Assembly: GCA_036478875.1 (NCBI GenBank)
Contig: JAZGEW010000068.1
Span: 4-64,003 of the forward strand
Length of the DNA stretch: 64,000 bases
Direction of reading: 5' to 3'
Source: Promethearchaeia archaeon
GTDB lineage: Archaea > Asgardarchaeota > Lokiarchaeia > Sigyniarchaeales > SOKP01
In this document: piece after piece, positions 7,914 through 18,428 of the stretch
How the letters are laid out: every line of letters starts with the position of its first letter
Numbering within the stretch: the stretch's first letter is position 1
Made by a program: the position numbers and the translations under genes
The notes under the pieces: generated by a model
The model's database searches: none
The model's input: only the letters and a program-made list of their open reading frames with translations
Told to the model about the DNA's origin: nothing

Positions 7914-10160
7914 TTAATATTCTGTATGAGTACTGCTAATATTAACTAATCTTGGTAAAATTATGCACGATGGAAAATCTAAACCTGTTATTAAAGTATT
8001 ATTTGCAATATTATATTTCAAATAGGCATTTGCTAATGGTGCGCCTGTATTTGGGTTTGCAGCATATCGTGGATAATTCGAGCTTGATATTGCTACTCTA
8101 ATTTTATGACCTGGTGCAAAAACGTAGGCACTTGTCCAACAATCAACAAATAATTCATAAACATCTTTTTGACTGCCTGACATAAAATCTTCAGTAGTAT
8201 AACCATTCCTAGATCTTACGGTTAGTGATCCATCAGTTATTAGCATTGAACGCCCATCTGGGTAAACATCAGTTAATTTTATAGTAAAATCTGTATCGGT
8301 ACAGTTAGAAGTTATAAATAAATTTCCCCAAATTCTTCCTACAACTTCTATTGTTTCTGTTAATTCTGATGTTTCAAATATCAATATATCTGATCTGTCC
8401 TCTACTGGTCTCTGATCCATTGGACCATAAAGATCAAATGGTTGATTCTGTCCCCCTAAGTTTGGCACTGGATCTCTTGGATCATATAAGTAAGTAAAAT
8501 TTTTATTGATGGATGGAAGTGTGTTATTGATTAAACCTCCTGTTGAAGTAAAATACCATTTGTCATCCACATAATCAAGAGGCCAATCATACGCATATCG
8601 CCAGTAATTCCATTCATCTGAAGGGATATCAACATCTCCCATTAAATAGTAGGCAACTCTCGCCCCATCCCAATTTATTGATTTACCTAGGAGGGCTGCA
8701 TCGAAAACTTCTTGTTCCCATTTTAGAGTTAGATCAAATCCATCTGAGTTTTTTGGATATTTTAATTCTCCTTGTTTTGTTGACATATGGTTCACGTGTG
8801 TCCAGGGACCCATAATTAATTTTTGATGACCTTTTGCAAATTCAGTCCCCAAATCATCGTATCCAACATACCCATCAATTGTTCCTTGAAGAAAATGGTC
8901 ATACCATCCTCCTACATGAATTCCATATACAGAGATGTTAGAATAATGAGGTCCTATTGGTATTGATAAAGATGTCGAGTTATATAACGTCTCATTTTTA
9001 GGAAAATAGTTAAACAATGTGTTTATCTGGTATTGGTAATTTTCAGGAGCCGTACTTTCAATCCAAGTTTCTACTGAAGATTTATGAAAAGAACCTTGAT
9101 ATATTGCATGATCAAACATTTCTGGAGTGCCATACCATAACTGTTGAGCGACTAATCCTTCAGGAGCCATCCCAGCATAATAATATTGATTTAAACAGAG
9201 AGCTGATGGTCCAGCGCTAGCTATTTTACCATTACACCAACTTTGATCTAAAATCCAATTAATTGTATCCACACCATCTAGATATGATTTAGTGAATAGT
9301 AGAAATCTATTACCTCCTTCTGAATCATATGTTCCTCTTAAATCTTGTATTACAACATGATATTCTTGAGTTGAATAAAGTTGTAAAGCAAGATCATCTG
9401 CCCAACCTAATTTACCATAAGGTGTTCTTATAAGAACAACAGGTTTTGGGCTTCCAAATGAACCAGGGGCGAAATAAATATCAGTAGCCAATCTCACTTC
9501 ATCCCTCATCTCAATCATGTACGTTTTTTTATTTGGAGGGGCATAAACTGCGGATAATGATAAAATTGTAGTTGGTAATGCAATTAATAAAACCATTAAT
9601 GCAATTTTAGCCGCTTTCGGAAATTTATTAAAATACCGTTTATCATATTTATTAATCAATTTAGAGCGTGTGAGAGAAGAGGTTTTTAATCCATAATGCA
9701 TATAAGCTAATAGACTTAATCCTACTGCCGCAATTGAATAATAATCTACTTCAATAAACAGAAACCAGATAATACCTATTAATGGTGTGAGAATATTAAT
9801 GGTTTTTCCACAAAGATTTATTGGTTTTAATCGATTATTTTCTCCAATTTGTTTAATATAGTTGCTGCTGACTAAAAGTGAATAAAAACAGATAAAAATA
9901 GTAATTGGGAAAAAAATCATTCCAAAAAGTATTATTGAAACCTGTTTAATACTAAAGTAGATAATCTCATTCTTTGTAAAGAGATTTGTACCTTCTCCAA
10001 GTTCTTTATTGTAATCTTTATAATAATTGAAATAATAGGTAACAATGTATATTGCCCGGAAGATTATTAATAACAGCAAATTTGTAATAAAGATTTGTTC
10101 AAGATCCAGGTACCCTAAAGTATATAGTTGATAAAATATCATTATAATCCAATTAATCAT
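7914..10160 (-). CDS. CocE/NonD family hydrolase (S15 X-Pro dipeptidyl-peptidase-like) with N-terminal multi-TM domain
   Basis: 748 aa. The first ~200 aa are hydrophobic helices. They are followed by 'VVLIRTPYGK', typical of CocE/NonD, and a long C-terminal beta-domain. Confidence 0.7.
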   Translation of the reverse strand: MINWIIMIFYQLYTLGYLDLEQIFITNLLLLIIFRAIYIVTYYFNYYKDYNKELGEGTNLFTKNEIIYFSIKQVSIILFGMIFFPITIFICFYSLLVSSNYIKQIGENNRLKPINLCGKTINILTPLIGIIWFLFIEVDYYSIAAVGLSLLAYMHYGLKTSSLTRSKLINKYDKRYFNKFPKAAKIALMVLLIALPTTILSLSAVYAPPNKKTYMIEMRDEVRLATDIYFAPGSFGSPKPVVLIRTPYGKLGWADDLALQLYSTQEYHVVIQDLRGTYDSEGGNRFLLFTKSYLDGVDTINWILDQSWCNGKIASAGPSALCLNQYYYAGMAPEGLVAQQLWYGTPEMFDHAIYQGSFHKSSVETWIESTAPENYQYQINTLFNYFPKNETLYNSTSLSIPIGPHYSNISVYGIHVGGWYDHFLQGTIDGYVGYDDLGTEFAKGHQKLIMGPWTHVNHMSTKQGELKYPKNSDGFDLTLKWEQEVFDAALLGKSINWDGARVAYYLMGDVDIPSDEWNYWRYAYDWPLDYVDDKWYFTSTGGLINNTLPSINKNFTYLYDPRDPVPNLGGQNQPFDLYGPMDQRPVEDRSDILIFETSELTETIEVVGRIWGNLFITSNCTDTDFTIKLTDVYPDGRSMLITDGSLTVRSRNGYTTEDFMSGSQKDVYELFVDCWTSAYVFAPGHKIRVAISSSNYPRYAANPNTGAPLANAYLKYNIANNTLITGLDFPSCIILPRLVNISSTHTEY

Positions 10161-10223
10161 AAATTTATATTGAGATTAGGTTATTAATAAAATTATCTAT
10201 AAGTTGAACAGAGATAATCTCAT

Positions 10224-11672
10224 ATGGGAAATATACTACAAGACTTGGATAAGAATAAACATCGAAGAACTTTAGGAGTTCATTTGACCTCAAGAGATAT
10301 TTTTCTAAAATACATATTTCCCGAAATTAAAGATAAACTATGGGAATATACATGGATAGATTTATACGCCGGAGAAGGAAATTTAATTTTACCTATTTTA
10401 AATTCAATTTTGATTGAAAAAAGAATTCAATTTTTCATGGAGCATATTTTTTTATTTGATATTCAACCAGAAATGATACAAAAATGCATTAATAATGCTG
10501 AAAAATATGGTATCCCTCCAAAAATAGCTATTAAGAATATACAATTACGAGATAACTTAGAAACTTTTCCTAAATTTTTGATTAACACTCAATTCCCTTT
10601 ATACCATATAACTAATCCACCTTATCTCTATTTAGGATATATTAGAAAGCATAATGAGACTCAAAAATACCTAGAATTTTTCAAAGGTAAAAATGAGGGG
10701 TACCAAGATTTATACCAAATTGCTATGATAAATGATTTGAGGAATGGAATTAAGAAGTTGATTTACATAATTCCATCAAACTTCTTATATGGTGCATCTG
10801 TTTCAAATAAATTTCGCAAAGATTTTCTCAAATACTATAATATTAGTAAAATGATTATATTTGAAACAAAAATATTTGAATTCACAGGAACTAACATTTG
10901 TATTGGTTTTTTTAGTAGAAAAGAAGTACCCAAGACTGAATATATAGCATTTGAAGGAGTTAAAATAAAAAAATCTAATAGAACGATTGAAAAAAGATAT
11001 GTTCTTAAACCAGAATTTAAATACCGTGCTGGTTCTGAATTTGAGGAGTTTCTTAAAGAATACTATGCTCAAAAACCCTTAAAAGTTAATTATTATCTAT
11101 TAAAAGCAGATGTCCTAAAAAATGAAGGATATAATGAAATTAAGGTAATTGATGCTAACAATTATCAAAATAATGAATATAAGAAGTTAAACCTTCATAT
11201 TAATGATAAATTCAAAAAAAAAGTTAAATCGAACATTTTATATGTTAGAACTGTTGATACAGGTTCATACGATGGTAGGGTTGGATTAGGAATTATTAAT
11301 GAAGATTTTAAAGTTGATGGAATTTATGTCTCAGGAAACACGTATAGGACTCATCCAATTCAAATTTTTTTAGAACCGATAATTACTCAACAAGATCAAA
11401 TATTATTAAAAAACTACCTGAATTTCGTATTAGAAAGGTTTAGAGAAAAGTTAGATAGTGAATTTTTAACAACCTATAAATATTCTAATGCTGATTATAC
11501 TAGAAAATATTTAGGATTGACACAGGTAAGATCTTTAATAGAGACTCTTCCGATTATTAATATGGATTCAGAAAGTAAAATTATCTTAAATGATCTAGTA
11601 ACTAATGAGAAATTTGATGAAATACTTTTACTTTTAAAGAAATTCAAAAAAAAAGAAGATGACTATTCTTAA
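10224..11672 (+). CDS. N6-adenine-type DNA methyltransferase-like protein (orphan)
   Basis: 482 aa. It has the motif-I-like 'IDLYAGEGNL' and motif IV 'ITNPPYLY'. The large C-terminal region is unassigned, and no adjacent endonuclease-like gene is present. Confidence 0.55.
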   Translation: MGNILQDLDKNKHRRTLGVHLTSRDIFLKYIFPEIKDKLWEYTWIDLYAGEGNLILPILNSILIEKRIQFFMEHIFLFDIQPEMIQKCINNAEKYGIPPKIAIKNIQLRDNLETFPKFLINTQFPLYHITNPPYLYLGYIRKHNETQKYLEFFKGKNEGYQDLYQIAMINDLRNGIKKLIYIIPSNFLYGASVSNKFRKDFLKYYNISKMIIFETKIFEFTGTNICIGFFSRKEVPKTEYIAFEGVKIKKSNRTIEKRYVLKPEFKYRAGSEFEEFLKEYYAQKPLKVNYYLLKADVLKNEGYNEIKVIDANNYQNNEYKKLNLHINDKFKKKVKSNILYVRTVDTGSYDGRVGLGIINEDFKVDGIYVSGNTYRTHPIQIFLEPIITQQDQILLKNYLNFVLERFREKLDSEFLTTYKYSNADYTRKYLGLTQVRSLIETLPIINMDSESKIILNDLVTNEKFDEILLLLKKFKKKEDDYS

Positions 11673-11673
11673 G

Positions 11674-12546
11674 TTAAATACTTGCTAAAAGGAAAGCAAT
11701 TAATCCTAAAAAGGCACCTACTTTTAATAATAAGCTTATTTTTGAAAAATCTTTTTTATCTAAATTTTTATTAATCATTAATATTGCTGCGTAAAAAACC
11801 ACCAAAATTCCAAAAATCATTGAAATTGAAAAAGCTATCGGATTCAATAGTTCAGTGAAAGCAGCAAGTATGAAGAATAATATAGCTAAAAATGCAAAAG
11901 TCATAGAAAAGTAAGGTGTTCGTTTTAAACCGATTTTAATAGCTAATGTATTTACGCCTAGTGTTTTATCACCCTCGATATCTTCGCATCCTTTTATAAC
12001 CTCCCGAGATAACAAAAGAAAAAAGCTATTGAAAAAGAAAAAATAGATATAAATTGGAATTAATGAGCTATTAAGAATTGCTCCATATACTAAACCGATT
12101 GAAAAAGAAAAACTAACGATTAAATTACCAAAAAAACCACTTCTTTTACCCCATTTTGCATATACCCAACCCATAAAACCAAAAAAGATCGCAACAATTA
12201 CATTTAGAAAACCCAGTTCAAAAAGTAAGCTATGAATTATAGCAACAATAACGCCAAAAATCAATGTTCCGCAAAACAAATATTTTGCTTGAGATAAAGT
12301 TATTGCTCCCCTAGGAATCGGTCGCTCTGGTCTATTAATTTTATCAATCTCAATATCATAAATATCGTTAATGACCATACTTGAACCAGCAATAAAAAAA
12401 TAGGTTAAAACTCCAAGAATTATGTTAATGATGATTCTTTCAAACCCTATCCCTGTTCTAGTATTTAAGATTCCTATAATAACGGTTAAACTTCCCATAA
12501 TATCATTAATTGGGCGAAGAATCCCGATCGCATCTTTAATTTTCAT
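11674..12546 (-). CDS. digeranylgeranylglyceryl phosphate synthase (UbiA prenyltransferase family)
   Basis: 290 aa and multi-TM. It has the UbiA Asp-rich motif 'NDIYDIEIDKINRPERPIPRG' and lies in the ether-lipid cluster. Confidence 0.8.
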   Translation of the reverse strand: MKIKDAIGILRPINDIMGSLTVIIGILNTRTGIGFERIIINIILGVLTYFFIAGSSMVINDIYDIEIDKINRPERPIPRGAITLSQAKYLFCGTLIFGVIVAIIHSLLFELGFLNVIVAIFFGFMGWVYAKWGKRSGFFGNLIVSFSFSIGLVYGAILNSSLIPIYIYFFFFNSFFLLLSREVIKGCEDIEGDKTLGVNTLAIKIGLKRTPYFSMTFAFLAILFFILAAFTELLNPIAFSISMIFGILVVFYAAILMINKNLDKKDFSKISLLLKVGAFLGLIAFLLASI

Positions 12547-12559
12547 TAAAATTCACAAT

Positions 12560-13396
12560 TCATCTAATATTAAATTTTTTTTTCTGAATTTTACCAGTAT
12601 TTTTAATTTCATCAATAATTTCTTTTAAAGAGTTTCCATTATCTTTAAGGATGTGATTTTCGATGAAAGTACCCATTACAATAATATTTGCTCCAGCATC
12701 CACGAAAGCTCTCGCATCTTCTTTATTATCAACTCCCCCTCCAGTAATTATTGGAATATTTAAGATTGATGAGCAAGTTTTTATGTGTTCTGTTGGAATT
12801 TTTTCACCACCAGATCCCGCCTCTAAGTATATAATTTTGAAACCAAACATTTCTGCTGCTAGAGCATAAGCAGCTGTTAATTTAGGTTTATTTCTAGGTA
12901 GTAATTTGGCATTTCCAATCCACCCCGCACTCCCTCCAGGTTCTATTATTAAATATGCCATCGAGATATATTCTAGGTTAAATGATTTAATTGTATATGA
13001 AGCAAGTGCTTGTTGACCTACTATCGAATAAGGATCTGATGAATTTAATAAAGACATGAAAAAAATTGCATCAGCGTACTGAGAGATATTACTAATTCCT
13101 CCAGGAAAAATAATAATAGGCACTTCAACTTTACTTTGTATAGCTTGAATTGTTTTGTCAACAAAGGTTTGATCAAAAACGGTACTTCCACCGATTAGGA
13201 TGGCATCAGTCCCAGCATCTTCCGCATATTTTGCCATTTTTGCAGCTTTAATTGGCCCTTGTCTTAATGGATCAGGATCTATTAAAGAAAATTGCAGAGT
13301 ACCTTCATCATTGATTTTTTTAATTAAATACTCATAAGTACTTTTTTCAATATATTCATCAATTACAATATCGACCATATCTTTCACATCTTTCAA
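12560..13396 (-). CDS. geranylgeranylglyceryl phosphate synthase (PcrB/GGGPS family)
   Basis: 278 aa. The PcrB-type TIM-barrel motifs 'LIDPD', 'ILIGGS', 'YLEAGSGG' and 'GGGV' are present. Confidence 0.8.
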   Translation of the reverse strand: MKDVKDMVDIVIDEYIEKSTYEYLIKKINDEGTLQFSLIDPDPLRQGPIKAAKMAKYAEDAGTDAILIGGSTVFDQTFVDKTIQAIQSKVEVPIIIFPGGISNISQYADAIFFMSLLNSSDPYSIVGQQALASYTIKSFNLEYISMAYLIIEPGGSAGWIGNAKLLPRNKPKLTAAYALAAEMFGFKIIYLEAGSGGEKIPTEHIKTCSSILNIPIITGGGVDNKEDARAFVDAGANIIVMGTFIENHILKDNGNSLKEIIDEIKNTGKIQKKKFNIR

Positions 13397-13397
13397 T

Positions 13398-14792
13398 CTA
13401 TTTACTTTTTTTAGTACTTACAATCAATTTTTTAATCTGATCATAAATTTTAATAATTTTTTCTTTCCAATTGGAAAATTGATTTAAATTTTTAGGGAAA
13501 TTTTTATAAAGTTTAGATATCTCGTTCATTCTTATTCTAAGATAATTTAGATCTAATAATAAATTCGGACGCGAAATTCCCTTAAAAGCTTTAACTGCCA
13601 TATTAACTAATGATAAGTTTAATCCACCTTTAGAGGAAATTTCTAAAAGTTCTTCTCCACTTAATAAGTCACGTTCTAATCCAAAATTTAGATCTTCATT
13701 TGAAAGTGATTGAAGGACAATTCTTAATAAATCTAATGAAGCAAATTCTGCTCCAAAACTTGTCATTACATTATAATTATAATCCCATAATTCATTTATG
13801 GAATAATTATTATTTTCTATAGCATGTACCGCTGAATTTGCAGCGTGATATCCTGCCCGCATGGATGGATCTATTCCACCACCGTGAAGTGGATTAACTT
13901 GGCATGCAGCATCTCCAATTAACATAAAACCATTGTCAGCACACGACCATATTGGTCTTCTCACAGGAACTACACCACCTCCAGAGGAGAGAATATCAAA
14001 ATTAGATGTTTTAATAAATTCGTGAAAGACATGTGTTTTATAGAGATCTTTAACTTTACCTTTGTAATCCATGAATGTCCCGATTCCGATGTTAACTGAA
14101 GATTCATTTTTAGGAAAATACCAGATATAACCCCCTGGTGCTTTTTCTTGATCAAGAATAAGTGTAATATATTCAGGATCTTGGACCTCTTGATCTGTTG
14201 GTGAAAATCTCACTATTTCACGATAACATAAAATACTATCTTCTTTTAAAATATTCTTTTCAATTAAGGAACTTTTTACTTTTTTTCTTAAAGGGGAATA
14301 AAAACCACTGGCATCAATAACGATTTTCGCATTAAGACCCACCTTTTCTCCATTATTTAATTTGACTTGAACTCCATTTACAGTACCATTTTTATATAAT
14401 AAATCTAAAACCATAGTCTTATCTAAAAATTGTTTTACACCAGCATCGAGAGCTTCATTTAATAATCTCTGTCCAAATTCTAATCTATTTACAATATAAC
14501 CAGCTTGTTTTGGATCTATAAGAGTAATACATTTCTTAAGATTTGGCGAATATAATTTCGCTCCTTTTATATGGCACGATAGTTCTTCATTTTTTGGATG
14601 ATTTATCTTTAAAATATCAAAAATTTCATTTCCTACGGCATCACCACATATCTTATCTCCAATATCTCCTCTCTGTTTTCTATCAATCAAACATACATTT
14701 AAACCCTTCTTTGCTGTAAATCTTGCAGCGGTGGTTCCGCCTGTACCAGCTCCGACTATTATAACATCAAAGGATTTTTCTATGTTTTCCAT
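13398..14792 (-). CDS. geranylgeranyl reductase (digeranylgeranylglycerophospholipid reductase family flavoprotein)
   Basis: 464 aa with the FAD-binding 'FDVIIVGAGTGGTTAA' and the GGR-type 'GDAACQVNPLHGGGI'. Confidence 0.85.
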   Translation of the reverse strand: MENIEKSFDVIIVGAGTGGTTAARFTAKKGLNVCLIDRKQRGDIGDKICGDAVGNEIFDILKINHPKNEELSCHIKGAKLYSPNLKKCITLIDPKQAGYIVNRLEFGQRLLNEALDAGVKQFLDKTMVLDLLYKNGTVNGVQVKLNNGEKVGLNAKIVIDASGFYSPLRKKVKSSLIEKNILKEDSILCYREIVRFSPTDQEVQDPEYITLILDQEKAPGGYIWYFPKNESSVNIGIGTFMDYKGKVKDLYKTHVFHEFIKTSNFDILSSGGGVVPVRRPIWSCADNGFMLIGDAACQVNPLHGGGIDPSMRAGYHAANSAVHAIENNNYSINELWDYNYNVMTSFGAEFASLDLLRIVLQSLSNEDLNFGLERDLLSGEELLEISSKGGLNLSLVNMAVKAFKGISRPNLLLDLNYLRIRMNEISKLYKNFPKNLNQFSNWKEKIIKIYDQIKKLIVSTKKSK

Positions 14793-14850
14793 AATTAAGG
14801 ATTGTATATTTTTAATAAATTTTTGAGATGAAATAAAAGATTTTTTGATG

Positions 14851-15600
14851 TCAGAGTAAAGTTAAAAGGTAAATTATTATTGTACTGCCAATAGGAACAG
14901 TTAAATCATCATATGTGCTTGGAGAAACAAGTTCAATAATAGTTGCGATTGCACTGGTAATTAATGAATAAATCAAAATCGTAGTAAAAGGTAAAGGTTC
15001 TTGAAATGTTGGAATAAGAGTACCAAATAGGAAAAAGGATAGAGAACATACTATAAATGCAGTAACAAAGAATGTAAGAGAACCCGCAAGTGTCCTTTTT
15101 GAATTTGTCCAAGGTAAACTTAAGCTTATTTTTCCCCAACGTTTTCCTATTACTGAAGCTAAAGTATCAGCGACAATCATTATTAACACTCCGGCTATTG
15201 GAAAATAAAATTGGTCTGGGGCAAATATCGCAAATATAAATACTAATAATGTGATAGAAACACAATAAAAAAATGGACCTTGAAGAAAAGCCCTTTTTAA
15301 TCCTTCTTCTTGTTCCTCAGATATTGCATCATATAAATCTTTTAATTGTTTCACTTTTGATTCTTTTGAGCTTAAATAAACAAACACTGTTAAAGTGCCT
15401 GCAACAATAGTGGACCAAAATGGCCAAAAATAAAATGGTGAGCTTAAAATTGCTAATCCTGCGAACATATGAATTGCTTTTCTAGCTCCAAATTTAGAAA
15501 TTTTTTCTTTTTTATATAAGATAAGAGGGATAAAAATTGTTAAAATAACGTAAAAGAATGTAATTCCGACAATTCCAAGATCAGTGAAGATGTTACTCAT
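14851..15600 (-). CDS. polyprenol/phytol/dolichol kinase-like CTP-dependent membrane enzyme (CdsA superfamily)
   Basis: 249 aa and multi-TM. 'ARKAIHMFAG', 'ADTLASVIGKRWGK' and 'NSKRTLAGSLTFF' resemble VTE5/dolichol-kinase motifs. A divergent CDP-archaeol synthase cannot be excluded. Confidence 0.5.
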   Translation of the reverse strand: MSNIFTDLGIVGITFFYVILTIFIPLILYKKEKISKFGARKAIHMFAGLAILSSPFYFWPFWSTIVAGTLTVFVYLSSKESKVKQLKDLYDAISEEQEEGLKRAFLQGPFFYCVSITLLVFIFAIFAPDQFYFPIAGVLIMIVADTLASVIGKRWGKISLSLPWTNSKRTLAGSLTFFVTAFIVCSLSFFLFGTLIPTFQEPLPFTTILIYSLITSAIATIIELVSPSTYDDLTVPIGSTIIIYLLTLL

Positions 15601-15754
15601 TTTAGTATCAATTTGTTTAATTAATAAACCAAAAAAGTATTCTTACTTTAAAGACTTTATTACGACGTAGAATTTTATTACAAATAAGAATATGAAAGTT
15701 CTTATATTAGCGGGAATTTATTATAAAACACTAATTATGATTATCTTCTGAAAA

Positions 15755-18424
15755 ATGTCAAAAAAATCATTTGGTTCTGGTTATTTTGGTGAATGGATTG
15801 AAGATGAATTCGGATTACCTGCTTACCGTTATACTTGCGACCAAATAAATGATCCTAAAGCAATTATTCCTTTAAATGAAAAGTTGCGCTCTAATAAAGA
15901 ACACTTACACCAAATTGGAAATGATCGCTTAGTCGGAGTTGCTTCAAATTTTGGTTATGTTCAAGTTCGTCAAGACGAAGGATGTCCAAAATTCCTTAAT
16001 GATTATGATCCCGAGCAAAATCAGTTCGCAGGAGGGTTTGGATATTTAGTTGATGGAGAAAATCTATTAAGTACATTTTATTCAGGAAACGGAGACTCAT
16101 TTAATCGAATTTTTGGGATTGGTTACTTACGTAAAATTGTTAAAGGGCATGATTTATCAGTGGATCAAGTTATTTTTGCACCTTATGGAGATGATCCTTT
16201 ACTTATTTCTCAAGTTACAATTTCAAATAATACTGAACAATCGAAAAATTTACGGTGGATAGAATATTGGGGATGTAAAATGTTTCAATTTTCGGCACTT
16301 GCATATTATACAGCTTTTGGGCAAAAAGATCTTTCATTAATGAATAAAAAGCGAAGAGAATTTAGTTCAAAATTTTCACATGAATTTTCATTAATAGGTA
16401 ATTCTGGTTTATTAGAAGCTAAATATTTTCAAGGTCGGAAAGATGAAAACAAAAGAGAAATACCCAAACCTGTATATGAAAGCAAAAAGTCCCCTAAGAC
16501 ATTTCTTGTTTCATTAAATGGTCCTATTGAAGGTTTTAGTACTAATGGGTTTGATTTTTTTGGAAAAGGAGGCGTTGAGCTTCCTGATGGAGTTAAAGGA
16601 ACTCTTCCTTCTAATTTAGATACTGTAGACGATAAAAGTGCAATGATAGTAGAACAACGAGTTCATTTAAAACCAAAAGAGAGTCGAACTTTATATTTTG
16701 CATATGGTTATTTGCCTAAAGGCGTTTATCTCGATCAAGTTTTAAAAGATTATAAAAAAGAAATTGATAATCAATGGGATTATTCCTCTGAAAGTTGGAA
16801 AAGAAATATAGTTAAATTGTCTATTTCTAAAGAAGCGTGGGTAGAACGTGAAATTATATGGCATAATTATTATTTACGTAGTGCGATGACTTATGATGAT
16901 TATTTCAATGAGCACATTCTTTCTCAAGGACATGTCTATCAATATATAATGGGAGTTCAAATAGCGGCACGAGATCCACTACAGCATATATTACCTTTTA
17001 TTTTTTGCGAACCCAAAATTGTTAAAGAAATTATTAGATACATTTTAAAAACGGTTAAAGAAGATGGAGAAATTCCGTATGGGGTCATTGGTAATGGAAA
17101 GATTATACCATTGCCATTTTTTCCTAGTGATCTTGAATTATGGTTATTATGGGTTACTAGTGAATATATACTAGCTACAAGAGATAAAGAATTTTTAGAG
17201 GAAGTAATTCCGACTTATCCTCTTTATGGTAAAGAAGCTAATACATCAACAGTTTTAAAAATGCTAATATTGTGTTATAACCATTTTACAGAAATTACTG
17301 GAACTGGAAAGCATGGACTCCAAAGACTCTCAACAGGTGATTGGAATGATGGTGCTGTAATGGGACATGTTCCAGAAGAAAAACATGAGGAGGTGAGAAT
17401 TCATGGAGAAAGTATTCTTAATACTACTATGGCAATTTATGTTCTCAGTAAATTTGCGGATTTATTGAGTATTATTGAAAACTATGATATGGTTGATGAG
17501 GTCATTAAGTATGCCGAATCTTTGAAAAAAGCTGTTAAAGCTCAGTGGAATGGACAATGGTTTAAGCGAGCGTGGTTTAACGACGATCTTGGCTGGATTG
17601 GAGATGAAATATTATGGTTAGAACCTCAACCATGGGCTATTATAGGAGATGCTGTTGATAATGACTGGATTCCAATTTTAATAAATAATATTGACAAGTT
17701 GTTACGAAATTCATCAAAGATTGGAGCGAGGCTACTAAGCAAAGGCATTGATGTAATGAAAAAAGAAGTTGGTGTGCGAGCGAATGGGGGAATTTGGCCA
17801 TCCATTAATGGAACATTAATATGGGCCTTATCCTGTGTAAATAGTGAAATGGCTTGGGATGAATGGAAAAAAAATACACTTGCATTTCACGCAGAGGCTT
17901 TTCCTGATATATGGTATGGAATTTGGAGCGGACCAGATACATATAACTCTGATCTCTCAATATACCATGGACAAACTCACTTTTTTGAATATTTTATTAC
18001 AGGAGATCCAAAAGATAAAAAAATTATGTTAGAAGACCCATTCGGAGTAAACTGGACAGATTTTCCTGTTATGAATTTACATCCACATGCTTGGCCATTA
18101 TATAATATAATACATTTGATAGGAGCGAAATTCACTGAAGAAGGTATAGAATTTTCACCAATTTTACCAAAAGAAAAATATAATTTCTCTTCTCCAATAT
18201 TGGGTTTTAAAAAAACAAAAGAAGGATATTCTGGTTGGTATGCTCCTCTTGTTGAAGGAAATTGGAAAGTTACATTGAATCTAGATAAAGATGAATTAAA
18301 GCAATTTATAAGGTTAGAAATAAATGAGAAAGAAAATGAAATTAGCTTTATAGAAGATCAGATAGTTTTTTATGGTAGAAGTGAACAAAATAAACCATTA
18401 AGATGGAAAATAAAAAAGTCTTAA
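15755..18424 (+). CDS. large (alpha/alpha)6-barrel glycoside hydrolase/phosphorylase-like protein (GH94 / 'GH36-superfamily'-like)
   Basis: 889 aa. The 'LSTGDWNDG' motif is characteristic of cellobiose-phosphorylase-like catalytic domains. The exact family was not determined. Confidence 0.5.
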   Translation: MSKKSFGSGYFGEWIEDEFGLPAYRYTCDQINDPKAIIPLNEKLRSNKEHLHQIGNDRLVGVASNFGYVQVRQDEGCPKFLNDYDPEQNQFAGGFGYLVDGENLLSTFYSGNGDSFNRIFGIGYLRKIVKGHDLSVDQVIFAPYGDDPLLISQVTISNNTEQSKNLRWIEYWGCKMFQFSALAYYTAFGQKDLSLMNKKRREFSSKFSHEFSLIGNSGLLEAKYFQGRKDENKREIPKPVYESKKSPKTFLVSLNGPIEGFSTNGFDFFGKGGVELPDGVKGTLPSNLDTVDDKSAMIVEQRVHLKPKESRTLYFAYGYLPKGVYLDQVLKDYKKEIDNQWDYSSESWKRNIVKLSISKEAWVEREIIWHNYYLRSAMTYDDYFNEHILSQGHVYQYIMGVQIAARDPLQHILPFIFCEPKIVKEIIRYILKTVKEDGEIPYGVIGNGKIIPLPFFPSDLELWLLWVTSEYILATRDKEFLEEVIPTYPLYGKEANTSTVLKMLILCYNHFTEITGTGKHGLQRLSTGDWNDGAVMGHVPEEKHEEVRIHGESILNTTMAIYVLSKFADLLSIIENYDMVDEVIKYAESLKKAVKAQWNGQWFKRAWFNDDLGWIGDEILWLEPQPWAIIGDAVDNDWIPILINNIDKLLRNSSKIGARLLSKGIDVMKKEVGVRANGGIWPSINGTLIWALSCVNSEMAWDEWKKNTLAFHAEAFPDIWYGIWSGPDTYNSDLSIYHGQTHFFEYFITGDPKDKKIMLEDPFGVNWTDFPVMNLHPHAWPLYNIIHLIGAKFTEEGIEFSPILPKEKYNFSSPILGFKKTKEGYSGWYAPLVEGNWKVTLNLDKDELKQFIRLEINEKENEISFIEDQIVFYGRSEQNKPLRWKIKKS

Positions 18425-18428
18425 TCTA

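Noticed and set aside
13970-15139. Short same-strand alternative-frame ORFs (13970..14155, 14933..15139)
   Set aside because: They are nested within the geranylgeranyl reductase and polyprenol-kinase-like genes in other frames, and they have no independent support.
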